A DNA stretch of 64,000 nt from a bacterium (GTDB taxonomy: Bacteria; Patescibacteriota; Patescibacteriia; Patescibacteriales; UBA12465). Each line of letters starts with the position of its first letter. The first letter of the stretch is position 1. A model generated the notes under the pieces. That model saw only the letters and a program-made list of their open reading frames with translations. It did not search any database and was not told the origin of the DNA. Shown here in pieces: positions 51,607-61,050 of this stretch. The stretch is from assembly GCA_030696105.1 (NCBI GenBank), contig JAUYNJ010000005.1:13678-77677 (forward strand). The letters run 5' to 3'. The translations under genes and the position numbers were made by a program.

Positions 51607-52617
51607 ATGGACTTATCAAAATTATCACAAATACTGCAAACAGAACCGAAATTTAGGTTTAAGCAGGCATATCAGGCATTGTATCAAGACTTAGTTGAGA
51701 GCTGGTCAGACGTTAGTGTGCTGCCTCTATCTCTGCGTGAGCGTCTTGATGAAGAATGCCCTTTAGAGATTCGGGCCGACTTAACTGTCAGTAGTAAAAA
51801 AACAGAGAAAGCTCTGATTACTTTTGAAGACGATGTCTCAGTTGAGACAGTGTTAATGCGTCACCGTGATGGCCGCAATACCGTTTGTGTTTCTTCACAG
51901 GCAGGCTGTCCCTTGGGCTGTACTTTTTGTGCAACCGGTGCTGCTGGCTTTACTCGCAATTTAAGTGCTGAAGAAATTGTTGAACAATATTTTTTCTGGG
52001 CACGCCGACTTAAGCATTTAGAAGAGGATGCTAAGATTGATAATGTAGTATTTATGGGCATGGGCGAGCCATTTCTTAACTACGATGAATTTATAAAAGC
52101 CGCTAAAACTTTAAATGACGCTGAGAAGTTTAATCTCGGTGCTCGTCGTTTATCTGTATCGACGGCCGGCATTGTTGAAGGGATAAAGAAGCTGGCTGCT
52201 GAAAAAATTCAGATGAACCTAGCGGTTTCTTTACACGCACCACTTGATTCGCTGCGTGAACAGTTGATGCCTATAGGTAAGAAATATCCCATTCCAGTTC
52301 TAATGCGGGCGGTTGATGATTATATTCGCAAAACGGGACGTCGTGTTATGTTTGAATATGTAATGATTAAAAATATAAATGACGGGGAAGATGATGCCGC
52401 GACTCTTATTAGTTTAATGAAAAAACCTTTGCACCTCGTAAATTTAATTCCATATAACGCTACCGGTAAATTTCAACCCTCATCTCCTGCTAGGATTAAA
52501 GCCTTTCGTGAGAAGCTGGAAGAGGCTAGTGTGGCCGTTACCGAGCGTCTCAGTCAGGGAAGAGATATTGACGGTGCCTGCGGGCAGCTTGCTGGTAGCA
52601 AAAAGGTGAACAAATAA
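51607..52617 (+). CDS. rlmN: 23S rRNA/tRNA (adenine-C2)-methyltransferase RlmN (radical SAM)
   Basis: 336 aa. SSQAGCPLGCTFCATG, MGMGEPFLN and C-terminal DIDGACGQL. Confidence 0.92.
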   Translation: MDLSKLSQILQTEPKFRFKQAYQALYQDLVESWSDVSVLPLSLRERLDEECPLEIRADLTVSSKKTEKALITFEDDVSVETVLMRHRDGRNTVCVSSQAGCPLGCTFCATGAAGFTRNLSAEEIVEQYFFWARRLKHLEEDAKIDNVVFMGMGEPFLNYDEFIKAAKTLNDAEKFNLGARRLSVSTAGIVEGIKKLAAEKIQMNLAVSLHAPLDSLREQLMPIGKKYPIPVLMRAVDDYIRKTGRRVMFEYVMIKNINDGEDDAATLISLMKKPLHLVNLIPYNATGKFQPSSPARIKAFREKLEEASVAVTERLSQGRDIDGACGQLAGSKKVNK

Positions 52618-52624
52618 TTTGACC

Positions 52625-52660
52625 AAAAAAAGCCGCTATTATTGATTAATAGCGGTTTTG
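52625..52660. terminator. bidirectional terminator between convergent rlmN and the orphan gene
   Basis: A7 run, 9-bp stem CCGCTATTA/TAATAGCGG, 5-nt loop, TTTT. Confidence 0.65.
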
Positions 52661-53608
52661 TTATGTCGTCGTCAGTTCCTTTATTTTTTCTCTCAGGAAT
52701 CGACTGACGTAGCGATGGCGGCCGGTACCAACGAATTCATCGTTTGGTATTGGTGGGCCGTTTGCATCGTGAGAGATAATCCAAGCTTCCTCTTCCTCTA
52801 TAAATCTGTATTCACAGTTTTTTTCGGGGAGGTCAAAGAATTGCCTGATATCAAGTCGATTATCTTTCGAGCCAATCCAGGTGTATTCGCGATTATTAGC
52901 TCGATACTGCAGAATGGAGAGATATGGATAGTACTCCTTAGTCATCCTTTTCAATTCATCGAGGTCGAGCCAGGGCGATACATTGGCGAGATAAGCATAC
53001 GCGACTTCCCGGTAAGGGATGCTGAAGACCTTGTGATCGCAACTGATACGTCCAAAGGCCGTCTTCGTCGTTTCGCTGACTCGTTCGCGGTAAATTGCGA
53101 GCAGGTCAATTTCAGCGTAGCTTTTTACGCCAGCGATTTCATGCGCGATAGCTTCCAGTGTTTTATAGTAAAACAAAGGATCATCGGTATTGTTCGCCTT
53201 AACACTTGCTGAATGCAGAGCGTAGGCATAGCGCTTGATAGAGATGTCTTTTGGGTGTCCTTGTTTTAAGGATGCGATGTTTTCAAAGACGTCATCAATA
53301 TCAAGCAAGTGTTTCCAGATTCTATGCGCATAGATGTTATCGCGAAGGATATGGTTGGCGTTACTGTATAAGTCTGTCAGTAAGAACTTACTAACAACTT
53401 TATTACTTATAATCTTTTGATATGAGTTTAAATCCACGAAGGCTGGATTATGCTCGTCGATATCAAGAAGGATTATTTGTGAGCTATTTATGCCCCACAA
53501 CTCACGCATATTTGAGGCGGGATGAAGATTAAAGCCCGCCCTAAGACAGGCCGCAAGCGCATATACTATCGTATAGTCGCTGGGATTGTAGGCAACTGTC
53601 TTTTTCAT
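52661..53608 (-). CDS. hypothetical protein, no recognised family (lone minus-strand gene)
   Basis: 315 aa with ordinary composition, far more protein-like than the 184-aa antisense ORF at 52658-53212. Confidence 0.65.
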   Translation of the reverse strand: MKKTVAYNPSDYTIVYALAACLRAGFNLHPASNMRELWGINSSQIILLDIDEHNPAFVDLNSYQKIISNKVVSKFLLTDLYSNANHILRDNIYAHRIWKHLLDIDDVFENIASLKQGHPKDISIKRYAYALHSASVKANNTDDPLFYYKTLEAIAHEIAGVKSYAEIDLLAIYRERVSETTKTAFGRISCDHKVFSIPYREVAYAYLANVSPWLDLDELKRMTKEYYPYLSILQYRANNREYTWIGSKDNRLDIRQFFDLPEKNCEYRFIEEEEAWIISHDANGPPIPNDEFVGTGRHRYVSRFLREKIKELTTT

Positions 53609-53795
53609 GATTTTATTTTTTGAAATGAACTGGCCGTATTATAACATTTTTTTTAGCAACTGTCAAAGGTATTTAGCTGTTCAAATTATGACTAAGATTA
53701 AGAACAATTAACATATAGCGGGATTTAATAACGATTAGGCGAAAGGCTAAAAATTTGCTATAATATATAGGCATTTATTATTAATTTCTCATTAT

Positions 53796-54392
53796 ATGTT
53801 CACTTTAAAATCATTACCATACGCGGCGGATGCTCTTGCACCCCATATCTCCGCTCGTACTATGAATTTACATCATGGCAAACACCTCCAAACTTATGTC
53901 GACAACCTTAATAAGTTAATTGAAGGCACAGATTTCGAAAAAATGGAGTTAGAAGAAATTATTCGGAAGACACACAACAAGGAAGATTTGGTTTCAATAT
54001 TTAATAACGCTGGTCAGGTTTATAATCATAATTTTTTTTGGGATAGTTTACGACCCGCTCAGGCAGAGAACAGTATGCCCGTTGAATTGACGGCACAGAT
54101 TGAACGGGACTTCGGCTCTATAGAAAAAATGGCTGAACAGTTTAAGGCCCTGGCTTTGAGTCAGTTTGGCAGTGGCTGGGCTTGGCTTGTGACCGATGGT
54201 GATAGACTTAAGGTGATGAAAACAGCTAACGGTGAGCCAGTGTTTCTGCGAGGCGTTAAGCCACTACTCGCGCTTGATGTGTGGGAACATTCATACTATG
54301 TTGATTATGAAAATCGACGCGGCGAATATATTGACGCTGTCTTAAATCATTTATTTAATTGGGACTTTGCTGCCCATAACGCTATACTCTAA
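53796..54392 (+). CDS. sodB: Fe/Mn superoxide dismutase, Fe-type by motif
   Basis: 198 aa. HHGKHLQTY, FNNAGQVYNHNFFW (Gln in the Fe-SOD position) and DVWEHSYY. Confidence 0.88.
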   Translation: MFTLKSLPYAADALAPHISARTMNLHHGKHLQTYVDNLNKLIEGTDFEKMELEEIIRKTHNKEDLVSIFNNAGQVYNHNFFWDSLRPAQAENSMPVELTAQIERDFGSIEKMAEQFKALALSQFGSGWAWLVTDGDRLKVMKTANGEPVFLRGVKPLLALDVWEHSYYVDYENRRGEYIDAVLNHLFNWDFAAHNAIL

Positions 54393-55066
54393 TGCCTACA
54401 AAAAATCCTTACGCTCGTGTCCAGCCAAAGACACGAGAGCCTTATACTATTGTCTATCTTATTCGACACGCCAATCCTGAATACAGTTTAGAAAAGAAGC
54501 TGGGGGACGCCTTAATGCCTCTTTCAAGTGATGGTCGTTTACAGGCAAAGTCTTTGGCATCTCGTCTGAGTCGCTTAAAAATAAACGTTGCTTACTCTAG
54601 TGCAATCGCTCGCGCACAAGAAACAGCAGCCTTCTTTGCTAATAAGCGAAAGATGGATATTATCGTTGATCCGCGCTTAAATGAGATTAACTGGAAGGAT
54701 TGGCGTCGTGTTAAATATTTTAGAACTTCGGAAGAAAGACGAAAGCAACTCTTACCTGAATATAGAGTGCTCGATAAACAGCTCGATATTATGCAGGCGA
54801 AAACTCGCCGCATTTTGGCTGATATTTTTGCACAACATAAGGGCGAGACTGTTGCCTTATTTTGTCACGGCAACATCATCAAGACTTTTCTTACAAGTAT
54901 TATGAATGCTGATGTGCTTGGTTTTTTGTCTTTAGAAATCTTTCAAGGCTCAATTAGCAAGCTCGTTATTGATCGCGACGGTTACGTTAAAATTAGTTTT
55001 ATAAACGACGCACATCACCTTCCTTCTTATCCGCAAGAAGATATATTTATCACGCTGAGAGATTAA
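54392..55066 (+). CDS. histidine phosphatase (phosphoglycerate mutase-like) family protein
   Basis: 224 aa. IVYLIRHANPEY (RH motif) and LFCHGNIIK. The start overlaps the sod stop as TAATG. Confidence 0.8.
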   Translation: MPTKNPYARVQPKTREPYTIVYLIRHANPEYSLEKKLGDALMPLSSDGRLQAKSLASRLSRLKINVAYSSAIARAQETAAFFANKRKMDIIVDPRLNEINWKDWRRVKYFRTSEERRKQLLPEYRVLDKQLDIMQAKTRRILADIFAQHKGETVALFCHGNIIKTFLTSIMNADVLGFLSLEIFQGSISKLVIDRDGYVKISFINDAHHLPSYPQEDIFITLRD

Positions 55067-55072
55067 AATCTT

Positions 55073-56539
55073 ATGTTGAAAAAAATATACAAATTTAAGA
55101 CCATCTTACTGCTAGCGCTTATTTTAGCGACGGCATGGCCTTTATCGTCAGCTAAGGCGGAAACAATCGCTACTCGCTTATCCGGCAGGATATTACTACA
55201 AGTGCAGGCTAATGGCGAGGCTTGGTATGTGAACCCGCTTGATGCTAAGAGATATTTTTTAGGAAGGCCGCAAGACGCCTTCAATTTGATGCGTCAATTA
55301 GGTCTCGGTATTAGTGAGAGTAATTATCAAAGTTTCGCTGTTGCTTCCGCACCGAAGTTCAAGGGCCGCATTCTTTTACGCGTCCAGGCGAATGGTGAGG
55401 CGTATTACGTTGACCCTATGACAGCTAAGTTGTCCTATCTTGGTCGCCCAACGGACGCCTTTGCTTTAATGCGTCAAAAGGGCCTAGGTATCACTAACTC
55501 CGATTTAAACTTGATTCCCTTGGCTGGAACTGCAACTACCGTTACGGCGCCGCTTGAGAAAGACTTTAATTGGCGCTTTGATAATCAAGCTCAATCGCTT
55601 GACTATGCGCTCGATGCCAAGCTGTATGCGGCTTATAGCAGTAGCCCTAAGGTATTTACATATTATGTTGGACAAGAGCCACTTGACGCGCGTGATTCAT
55701 TTTACAGCATGTTTTTGAAGCTGCGCACCGAAGACAATCAAACCTTGGCAGTGCTCGGCGAACTAAAAAAACAAGCCGCCGCTCGCGGCTTCACAGCTGA
55801 TCAAACCGTCGCCTTTGCAATGTCATTTATTCAGTACCTCGAATATGATCGTGCCAAACTAGATTCCGGCAAGAATGTTCCGTACTATCCTTTTGAGACT
55901 TTATATTTACAAAAAGGTATTTGTGCTGACACCACCTTTTTATCCGTATTATGGCTACGAAATCTTGGTTACGGCGCTGCCATTTTAGATTTCCCAGATA
56001 GTAATCACTCAGCAGCTGGCATAGCTTGTCCGACTGAGGATTCTTTAAATGGATCCGGCTACTGTTATATAGAAACCACAAACTATTTCCCAGTTGGGGT
56101 TGTGCCACCATCAATTACTGACGGTCAAGCGACAACTGCCGAGGCTAATCTGTTAAATCTTTTCGATGCTTCAAGGCTAGGGAAGATGGAGATCAAGCAG
56201 GCAACGACCGGCAAAATCTATCAGGGAGTAAAAGCAGTGAAAGCAGAAGCAGCCGCTCTTTCGGCAATGAAGGTAAATCTTAATTTATCATCAGCTAACT
56301 TGAAAAATATGGAAGCCGCCCTCAGCGCTTCGTATCAAAATTTGAAGGAGCAGGAGGCGATATTAAGCGCCTATAAAAGCAGTGGTGACATTCAGTCCTA
56401 TAATAATGCTGTCCCTGGATACAATGCCGCTGTTAGTGCGTATCAAGCTGAGGTTAACGCCTACGAACAGGCTTATTCGATGCATAATCAACAAGTTAGT
56501 GCATATAATACAAGATATCGTCAGTTTTATCAGCAGTAA
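55073..56539 (+). CDS. secreted protein: two N-terminal repeats + transglutaminase-like Cys-protease core + Tyr-rich coiled-coil tail
   Basis: 488 aa. Signal peptide ending SSAKA; repeats (see the repeat feature); KGICADTTFLSVLWLRNLGYGAAILDFPDSNHSAAG; C-terminal SAYQAEVNAYEQAY...AYNTRYRQFYQQ. Confidence 0.55.
   Translation: MLKKIYKFKTILLLALILATAWPLSSAKAETIATRLSGRILLQVQANGEAWYVNPLDAKRYFLGRPQDAFNLMRQLGLGISESNYQSFAVASAPKFKGRILLRVQANGEAYYVDPMTAKLSYLGRPTDAFALMRQKGLGITNSDLNLIPLAGTATTVTAPLEKDFNWRFDNQAQSLDYALDAKLYAAYSSSPKVFTYYVGQEPLDARDSFYSMFLKLRTEDNQTLAVLGELKKQAAARGFTADQTVAFAMSFIQYLEYDRAKLDSGKNVPYYPFETLYLQKGICADTTFLSVLWLRNLGYGAAILDFPDSNHSAAGIACPTEDSLNGSGYCYIETTNYFPVGVVPPSITDGQATTAEANLLNLFDASRLGKMEIKQATTGKIYQGVKAVKAEAAALSAMKVNLNLSSANLKNMEAALSASYQNLKEQEAILSAYKSSGDIQSYNNAVPGYNAAVSAYQAEVNAYEQAYSMHNQQVSAYNTRYRQFYQQ
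55184..55513 (+). repeat. intragenic tandem duplication, 2 x ~50 aa with a 180-nt period
   Basis: GRILLQVQANGEAWYVNPLDAKRYFLGRPQDAFNLMRQLGLGISESN compared with GRILLRVQANGEAYYVDPMTAKLSYLGRPTDAFALMRQKGLGITNSD. Confidence 0.85.
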
Positions 56540-56576
56540 TTGTCTATAATTAGCCAATATATTTTGTTTTTCGTGC

Positions 56577-56605
56577 TTGACATCCCTAAATATATGGGCT
56601 ATTAT
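56577..56605 (+). promoter_or_regulatory. sigma-70 type promoter for rpsB-tsf with a ~155-nt leader
   Basis: TTGACA (56577-56582), 17 nt spacer, TATTAT (56600-56605). Confidence 0.55.
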
Positions 56606-56768
56606 TACATTTGTTGAGGTTTTCCTCTGGATACGCCTCTTTTTATTAAACAATTTATTAATTAACACGTCACGCCCGCTCAATTTTTCTTGGTTTATAT
56701 CACGAACAAAGGATATAAATTAAGCGGACGGAAGCCCTCCGTTTATACGCAGGGGACAAAGAAAATCT

Positions 56769-57464
56769 ATGGTAAAATTACCCAGTTTAGAGGAGATGTT
56801 AAAAGCCGGCATGCACTTCGGTCACCGCACTAATCGCTGGCACCCGAAGATGAAGCCTTACATTTTTGGCGCCAAAAACGGTATTTATGTAATCGATTTG
56901 GAAAAGAGTAATCAAATGCTTGAAGTGGCTTTAAATTTCATGAGCCAGCTGATTAAAGAAGGTAAGTCAATTTTATTCGTTGGTACAAAGAGTCAGGTTA
57001 AGGCCCCAATGAAGAAGATGGCAGAGATGACCGGACAGCCTTACATTGTTGGTAAGTGGCTCGGTGGTTATTTAACTAACTTCACAATTGTAAAGCGCTC
57101 AGTTAAAAAATATCAGGACTTAATTGAAAAACGTGAGTCTGGTAAACTCGATAAATATACAAAAAAAGAACGCCTCGATTTTGATCGCGAAATCAAACGC
57201 CTCGCAGAACGCGTTGGTGGCTTAACTTCTTTAAACAAGATGCCCGACGCTATGTTCGTTTGGGATATTAAGGAAGAAGAAACAGCGGTGGCTGAGGCAC
57301 GCAAGAAAAATATTCCAGTAATCGCTATCTGTGATACCAATGTTAATCCAGAAACGGTTACCTATCCAATCCCAGCCAACGATGACGCCACTAAGACTGT
57401 TAAGCTGATTTTGGAAGTCGTGCAGTCTGCTATCATCGACGCGAAAAAAGATCTTAAAAACTAA
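56769..57464 (+). CDS. rpsB: 30S ribosomal protein S2
   Basis: 231 aa. LLKAGMHFGHRTNRWHPKM and VIAICDTNVNP. Confidence 0.95.
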   Translation: MVKLPSLEEMLKAGMHFGHRTNRWHPKMKPYIFGAKNGIYVIDLEKSNQMLEVALNFMSQLIKEGKSILFVGTKSQVKAPMKKMAEMTGQPYIVGKWLGGYLTNFTIVKRSVKKYQDLIEKRESGKLDKYTKKERLDFDREIKRLAERVGGLTSLNKMPDAMFVWDIKEEETAVAEARKKNIPVIAICDTNVNPETVTYPIPANDDATKTVKLILEVVQSAIIDAKKDLKN

Positions 57465-57474
57465 GAAATAAAAT

Positions 57475-58269
57475 ATGGAAATGATCAAGCAATTAAGAGA
57501 AATGACCGGTGCTGGCATGGTTGATTGTAAGAAAGCATTAGATGAGTCCGGTAACGACCTGCAAAAGGCCGTAGAAATTTTACGCAAAAAAGGCATTGCT
57601 AAGGCTGCTAAACGCACTGACCGCGAAGCCAATGAAGGTGTGGTCAAAATGGGCGTTAACGAAGCAGGTGATGAGGGTTATATTTTCGAATTAACCTCCG
57701 AAACCGACTTCGTTTCGCGTAATGAAAAATTCCAGTCCTTCGCCGAAGAAGCGATGAAGCTGGCTTTATCAGCTCGCCCAGAAACAGCTGAAGCCTTTTT
57801 GGCTCTCCCGATGGCTGACAGCACCATTAAAGAAAGTCTTGAAATTTTAAGTGGCACAATCGGTGAAAAGATGGAAATCCGTCGCTTTGGTCGCTTGCAG
57901 GGCGCAACGTTGGCCGCCTATTCTCACTTAGGTGGGAAGCTCGGTGTTCTTATCGCTTTAGATCAGGCAGGGAAGGCTGAATTGGCCGCTGAGTTGGCGA
58001 TGCAGATTGCTGCCGCTAATCCAAAGTATATTGAATCTTCACAGGTTGATGCTTCCGAGCTCGCTAAGGAGCGCGAAATCTACCGCGAACAGCTACTAAA
58101 GGAGGGAAAGCCAGAGGCCATGGTTGATAAAATTCTTGAAGGTAAGGTTTCAAAGTATTATGGTGAAGTATGTTTAATTGAGCAGGAATATATTAAGGAT
58201 GATAAGAAAAAAATCAAAGATATCTTAGGCGATGTTAAAGTTCTCGGCTTCTTCCGTTTTAGTCTTTAA
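57475..58269 (+). CDS. tsf: translation elongation factor Ts
   Basis: 264 aa. IKQLREMTGAGMVDCKKAL (UBA-like N-terminus) and ELTSETDFVSRNEKF. Confidence 0.93.
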   Translation: MEMIKQLREMTGAGMVDCKKALDESGNDLQKAVEILRKKGIAKAAKRTDREANEGVVKMGVNEAGDEGYIFELTSETDFVSRNEKFQSFAEEAMKLALSARPETAEAFLALPMADSTIKESLEILSGTIGEKMEIRRFGRLQGATLAAYSHLGGKLGVLIALDQAGKAELAAELAMQIAAANPKYIESSQVDASELAKEREIYREQLLKEGKPEAMVDKILEGKVSKYYGEVCLIEQEYIKDDKKKIKDILGDVKVLGFFRFSL

Positions 58270-58303
58270 TCCATTTTTGGATTTTTCGTTCTAGCTAAAA
58301 AAT

Positions 58304-59158
58304 ATGAAAATCGTCCAGGTACAATTCTCGCCGTGGGATAAAGTATATTGTTTTTCTCTGTCAGATGAGGTTAAGGCCGGGGTGAGCGATTTTGTAATCG
58401 TTGAAACTGAACTTGGACGTGAATTAGGTAAAATTGTTGGCTTTATCACTAAATCATCAGAGGAGCATGAGTTGAAACCAGTGTTACGTTTAGCGACACT
58501 TGAAGATGCTGAGTCGGTCTTTAACGAGGAGCGTCGTGCGCGAGCCATGTCTATCTGCGAGGAGTTAATTGAGCGTCATGGTCGCCAAATGAAATTAATC
58601 GATGCTCGTTTCTCATACGCAGGTAATCGCTTAACTTTCGCTTTTGTATCTGATGGTCGGGTCGATTTCCGAGATTTGGTCAAAGATTTAAATTCAGCTT
58701 TCAATCTTAACATTCGTTTATTACAGATTGGCTCACGCGATGAAGCGCGCTGTACTGGTGACTGTGGTCCTTGTGGCCTTCATTTATGCTGCCGCAGCTT
58801 TGTGCATGATTTTTCTTCGATAACGTCAGAGATGGCCGAGGCACAGCAAGTTGTGCATCGCGGTAGCGATCGTATATCCGGAATGTGTGGCCGTTTAATG
58901 TGCTGCCTAAGCTTTGAATACGAAGGATATAAACACTTGGCCACTGAATTGCCGCCTCTTGGTACGCGCATTAAAGTTGATGGTAGAACTGGCATTGTTG
59001 TTGGTCATCACTTGCTCAAACAAACGCTCGATGTCAGGTTTTCATCTGAGAGTGAGGGTGAGCGCGATTTCACTATTCAAGTTGACCCAAAGAAACAGTT
59101 GGAAAAGAATACTTCCTCACGAACCGAAAGGCCGAGACGTCCGGGACGTCGCCGTTAA
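58304..59158 (+). CDS. PSP1 domain protein (RicT/YaaT-like)
   Basis: 284 aa. PSP1 C-terminal domain with the Cys cluster CTGDCGPCGLHLCCRSF...MCGRLMCCL. Confidence 0.85.
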   Translation: MKIVQVQFSPWDKVYCFSLSDEVKAGVSDFVIVETELGRELGKIVGFITKSSEEHELKPVLRLATLEDAESVFNEERRARAMSICEELIERHGRQMKLIDARFSYAGNRLTFAFVSDGRVDFRDLVKDLNSAFNLNIRLLQIGSRDEARCTGDCGPCGLHLCCRSFVHDFSSITSEMAEAQQVVHRGSDRISGMCGRLMCCLSFEYEGYKHLATELPPLGTRIKVDGRTGIVVGHHLLKQTLDVRFSSESEGERDFTIQVDPKKQLEKNTSSRTERPRRPGRRR

Positions 59159-59169
59159 TCAAAATTATG

Positions 59170-59196
59170 AAAGCCCCGGCAACGGGGCTTTTTTTG
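59170..59196 (+). terminator. rho-independent terminator
   Basis: AAAGCCCCG-GCAA-CGGGGCTTT followed by T run. Confidence 0.78.
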
Positions 59197-59256
59197 AGCT
59201 AAAAATGTGATATAATAGAGGTGACTAATTATCTTATTTAAACCATTTTAAAATCT

Positions 59257-60267
59257 ATGTCCTTAAATGTCGCCATCAACGGATTCGGCCGTATCGGCCG
59301 CGCCACTTTTAAGATTATTCTCGATAATCATCCTGACTTGCGTATCGTTGCTATTAATGATTTAACCGATAATAATACCTTAGCTCATTTGTTGCAGCGC
59401 GACTCTTGTTATGGTTTATATCACAGGCAAGTGAAAAGCGATGCTCGTGGTTTGACTGTTGACGGCAAGCACTACGCTGTTTATTCTGAAAAAGACCCTT
59501 CCTTACTACCCTGGAAAGAGTTGGGCGTTGATGTTGTTCTTGAATGCACTGGCCGTTTTCGTGATAAGGAAAGCTTATCGGCTCACTTGTCTGCGGGTGC
59601 AAAAAAAGTACTTATCTCTGCGCCGGCTAAAGGCGCAGGTATAAAGACTATTGTTATTGGCGTTAATGAAAAAACTTTAAAATCTAGTGATGACATTATT
59701 TCTAATGCATCATGCACCACGAACTGTTTAGCGCCGGTGATGTCTATTTTAAAAGAAAAGTTTGGCGTCAAAAAGGCGATGATGACAACCATTCACTCCT
59801 ATACTGCTGATCAAAATTTAGTTGATGGTCCTCATAAAGATTTGCGACGTGCTCGCGCGGCCGCCATAAACATGGTGCCGACAACGACTGGGGCAGCAGC
59901 GGCAGTAGCGCTCACAATGCCTTCTTTGAAGGGTAAATTTGACGGCCTGGCGGTGCGCGTGCCTACTCCGGTAGCTTCATTGTGTGATATTGTGCTGGTT
60001 ACTAGTAAGAATGTGACCGCAGAAAAGGTTAATGCCGCGTTTAAAGTAGCCGCTAAAGGTAAGTTAAAAGGTATTATTGAAGCCTCCGATGAGGAGTTAG
60101 TGTCTTCTGACATTATTGGTAACTCTCATAGTTCGGTTGTAGATTTGAAGAGCACAAAAGTGGTTTCTGGTGATTTGTTGAAAGTGGTTGCTTGGTATGA
60201 TAATGAGTGGGCTTATTCATGTCGCTTAGCTGATTTGGCCAGCTTCATGAAGAAAACTCTAAAGTAA
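59257..60267 (+). CDS. gap: type I glyceraldehyde-3-phosphate dehydrogenase
   Basis: 336 aa. INGFGRIGR, SNASCTTNCLAP and WYDNEW. Confidence 0.95.
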   Translation: MSLNVAINGFGRIGRATFKIILDNHPDLRIVAINDLTDNNTLAHLLQRDSCYGLYHRQVKSDARGLTVDGKHYAVYSEKDPSLLPWKELGVDVVLECTGRFRDKESLSAHLSAGAKKVLISAPAKGAGIKTIVIGVNEKTLKSSDDIISNASCTTNCLAPVMSILKEKFGVKKAMMTTIHSYTADQNLVDGPHKDLRRARAAAINMVPTTTGAAAAVALTMPSLKGKFDGLAVRVPTPVASLCDIVLVTSKNVTAEKVNAAFKVAAKGKLKGIIEASDEELVSSDIIGNSHSSVVDLKSTKVVSGDLLKVVAWYDNEWAYSCRLADLASFMKKTLK

Positions 60268-60298
60268 AAGAAATAAGTTTATTTTTAAATAAAATATT

Positions 60299-61024
60299 AT
60301 GCAATCAACAACAAACAAAGCGCAACTAATTAATCCGAAGGATTTATTTGTTGCGAGCTGGAAAGTCTATCAGCGTGGCTTCTTTCATTTTATTGGCATG
60401 TATCTTTGGGGCTTAGTTGGTGTCTTACCGCTCGCCGTCGTCGCTGCCACTGCTGTTTTATTGTACACTCAGGCGGGCTGGAATAATGCCTTCTTTTACG
60501 TCATTGCTGGTCTTCTTGGCTTAGCTGCGCTTGCTTGGGCAATTTATTACACAACTCGTGCCAAAATCGGCTGGCTTGTTCTCATTAAAAATGACTTTAA
60601 AGATATTAAAGCGTCTTTCAAAGAAACTAAGCCATATTTTTGGACTTATCTTTGGGCCTCATTAATCACTGGTTTAATTACTTTTGCTTTAGTCTTTTTC
60701 CTTGTTATTCCAGCAATAATCGTTGGTGTTTTATATGCCTTCGCTACCTTCGCTATCGTTTTTGAAGGGAAGCGCACTTTTTCATCAATTGAACGTAGTT
60801 ATGATTTAGTCAAGAATTACTGGTGGCCAGTATTTGGACGTTTCGTGTTGCTCGGTGTAGTGGCGATGATTGTTTCAGTGGCACTTAATTTTCCCTTGGA
60901 TTATTTGGAGGGAGCAGCACATGATTTATTGGTATTTTTAATAAATGTCTTCTGGGCTTTAGTTGGTCCCTTCTTTCTCGTTTATAGTTATCAGCTTTAC
61001 CTCGATCTTAAATCAAAGAATTAA
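60299..61024 (+). CDS. polytopic membrane protein, unknown function
   Basis: 241 aa with about six hydrophobic helices and no diagnostic motif. Confidence 0.65.
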   Translation: MQSTTNKAQLINPKDLFVASWKVYQRGFFHFIGMYLWGLVGVLPLAVVAATAVLLYTQAGWNNAFFYVIAGLLGLAALAWAIYYTTRAKIGWLVLIKNDFKDIKASFKETKPYFWTYLWASLITGLITFALVFFLVIPAIIVGVLYAFATFAIVFEGKRTFSSIERSYDLVKNYWWPVFGRFVLLGVVAMIVSVALNFPLDYLEGAAHDLLVFLINVFWALVGPFFLVYSYQLYLDLKSKN

Positions 61025-61050
61025 TACTGGACGCATTCCGGTTGTAAGTC

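Noticed and set aside
52658-53212. 184-aa plus-strand ORF antisense to the 315-aa orphan gene
   Set aside because: Its composition is implausible (Phe/Trp/Cys-rich, e.g. FIVWYWWAVCIV). It is shorter than the opposite-strand ORF and would start inside the rlmN terminator. I treat it as a shadow ORF.
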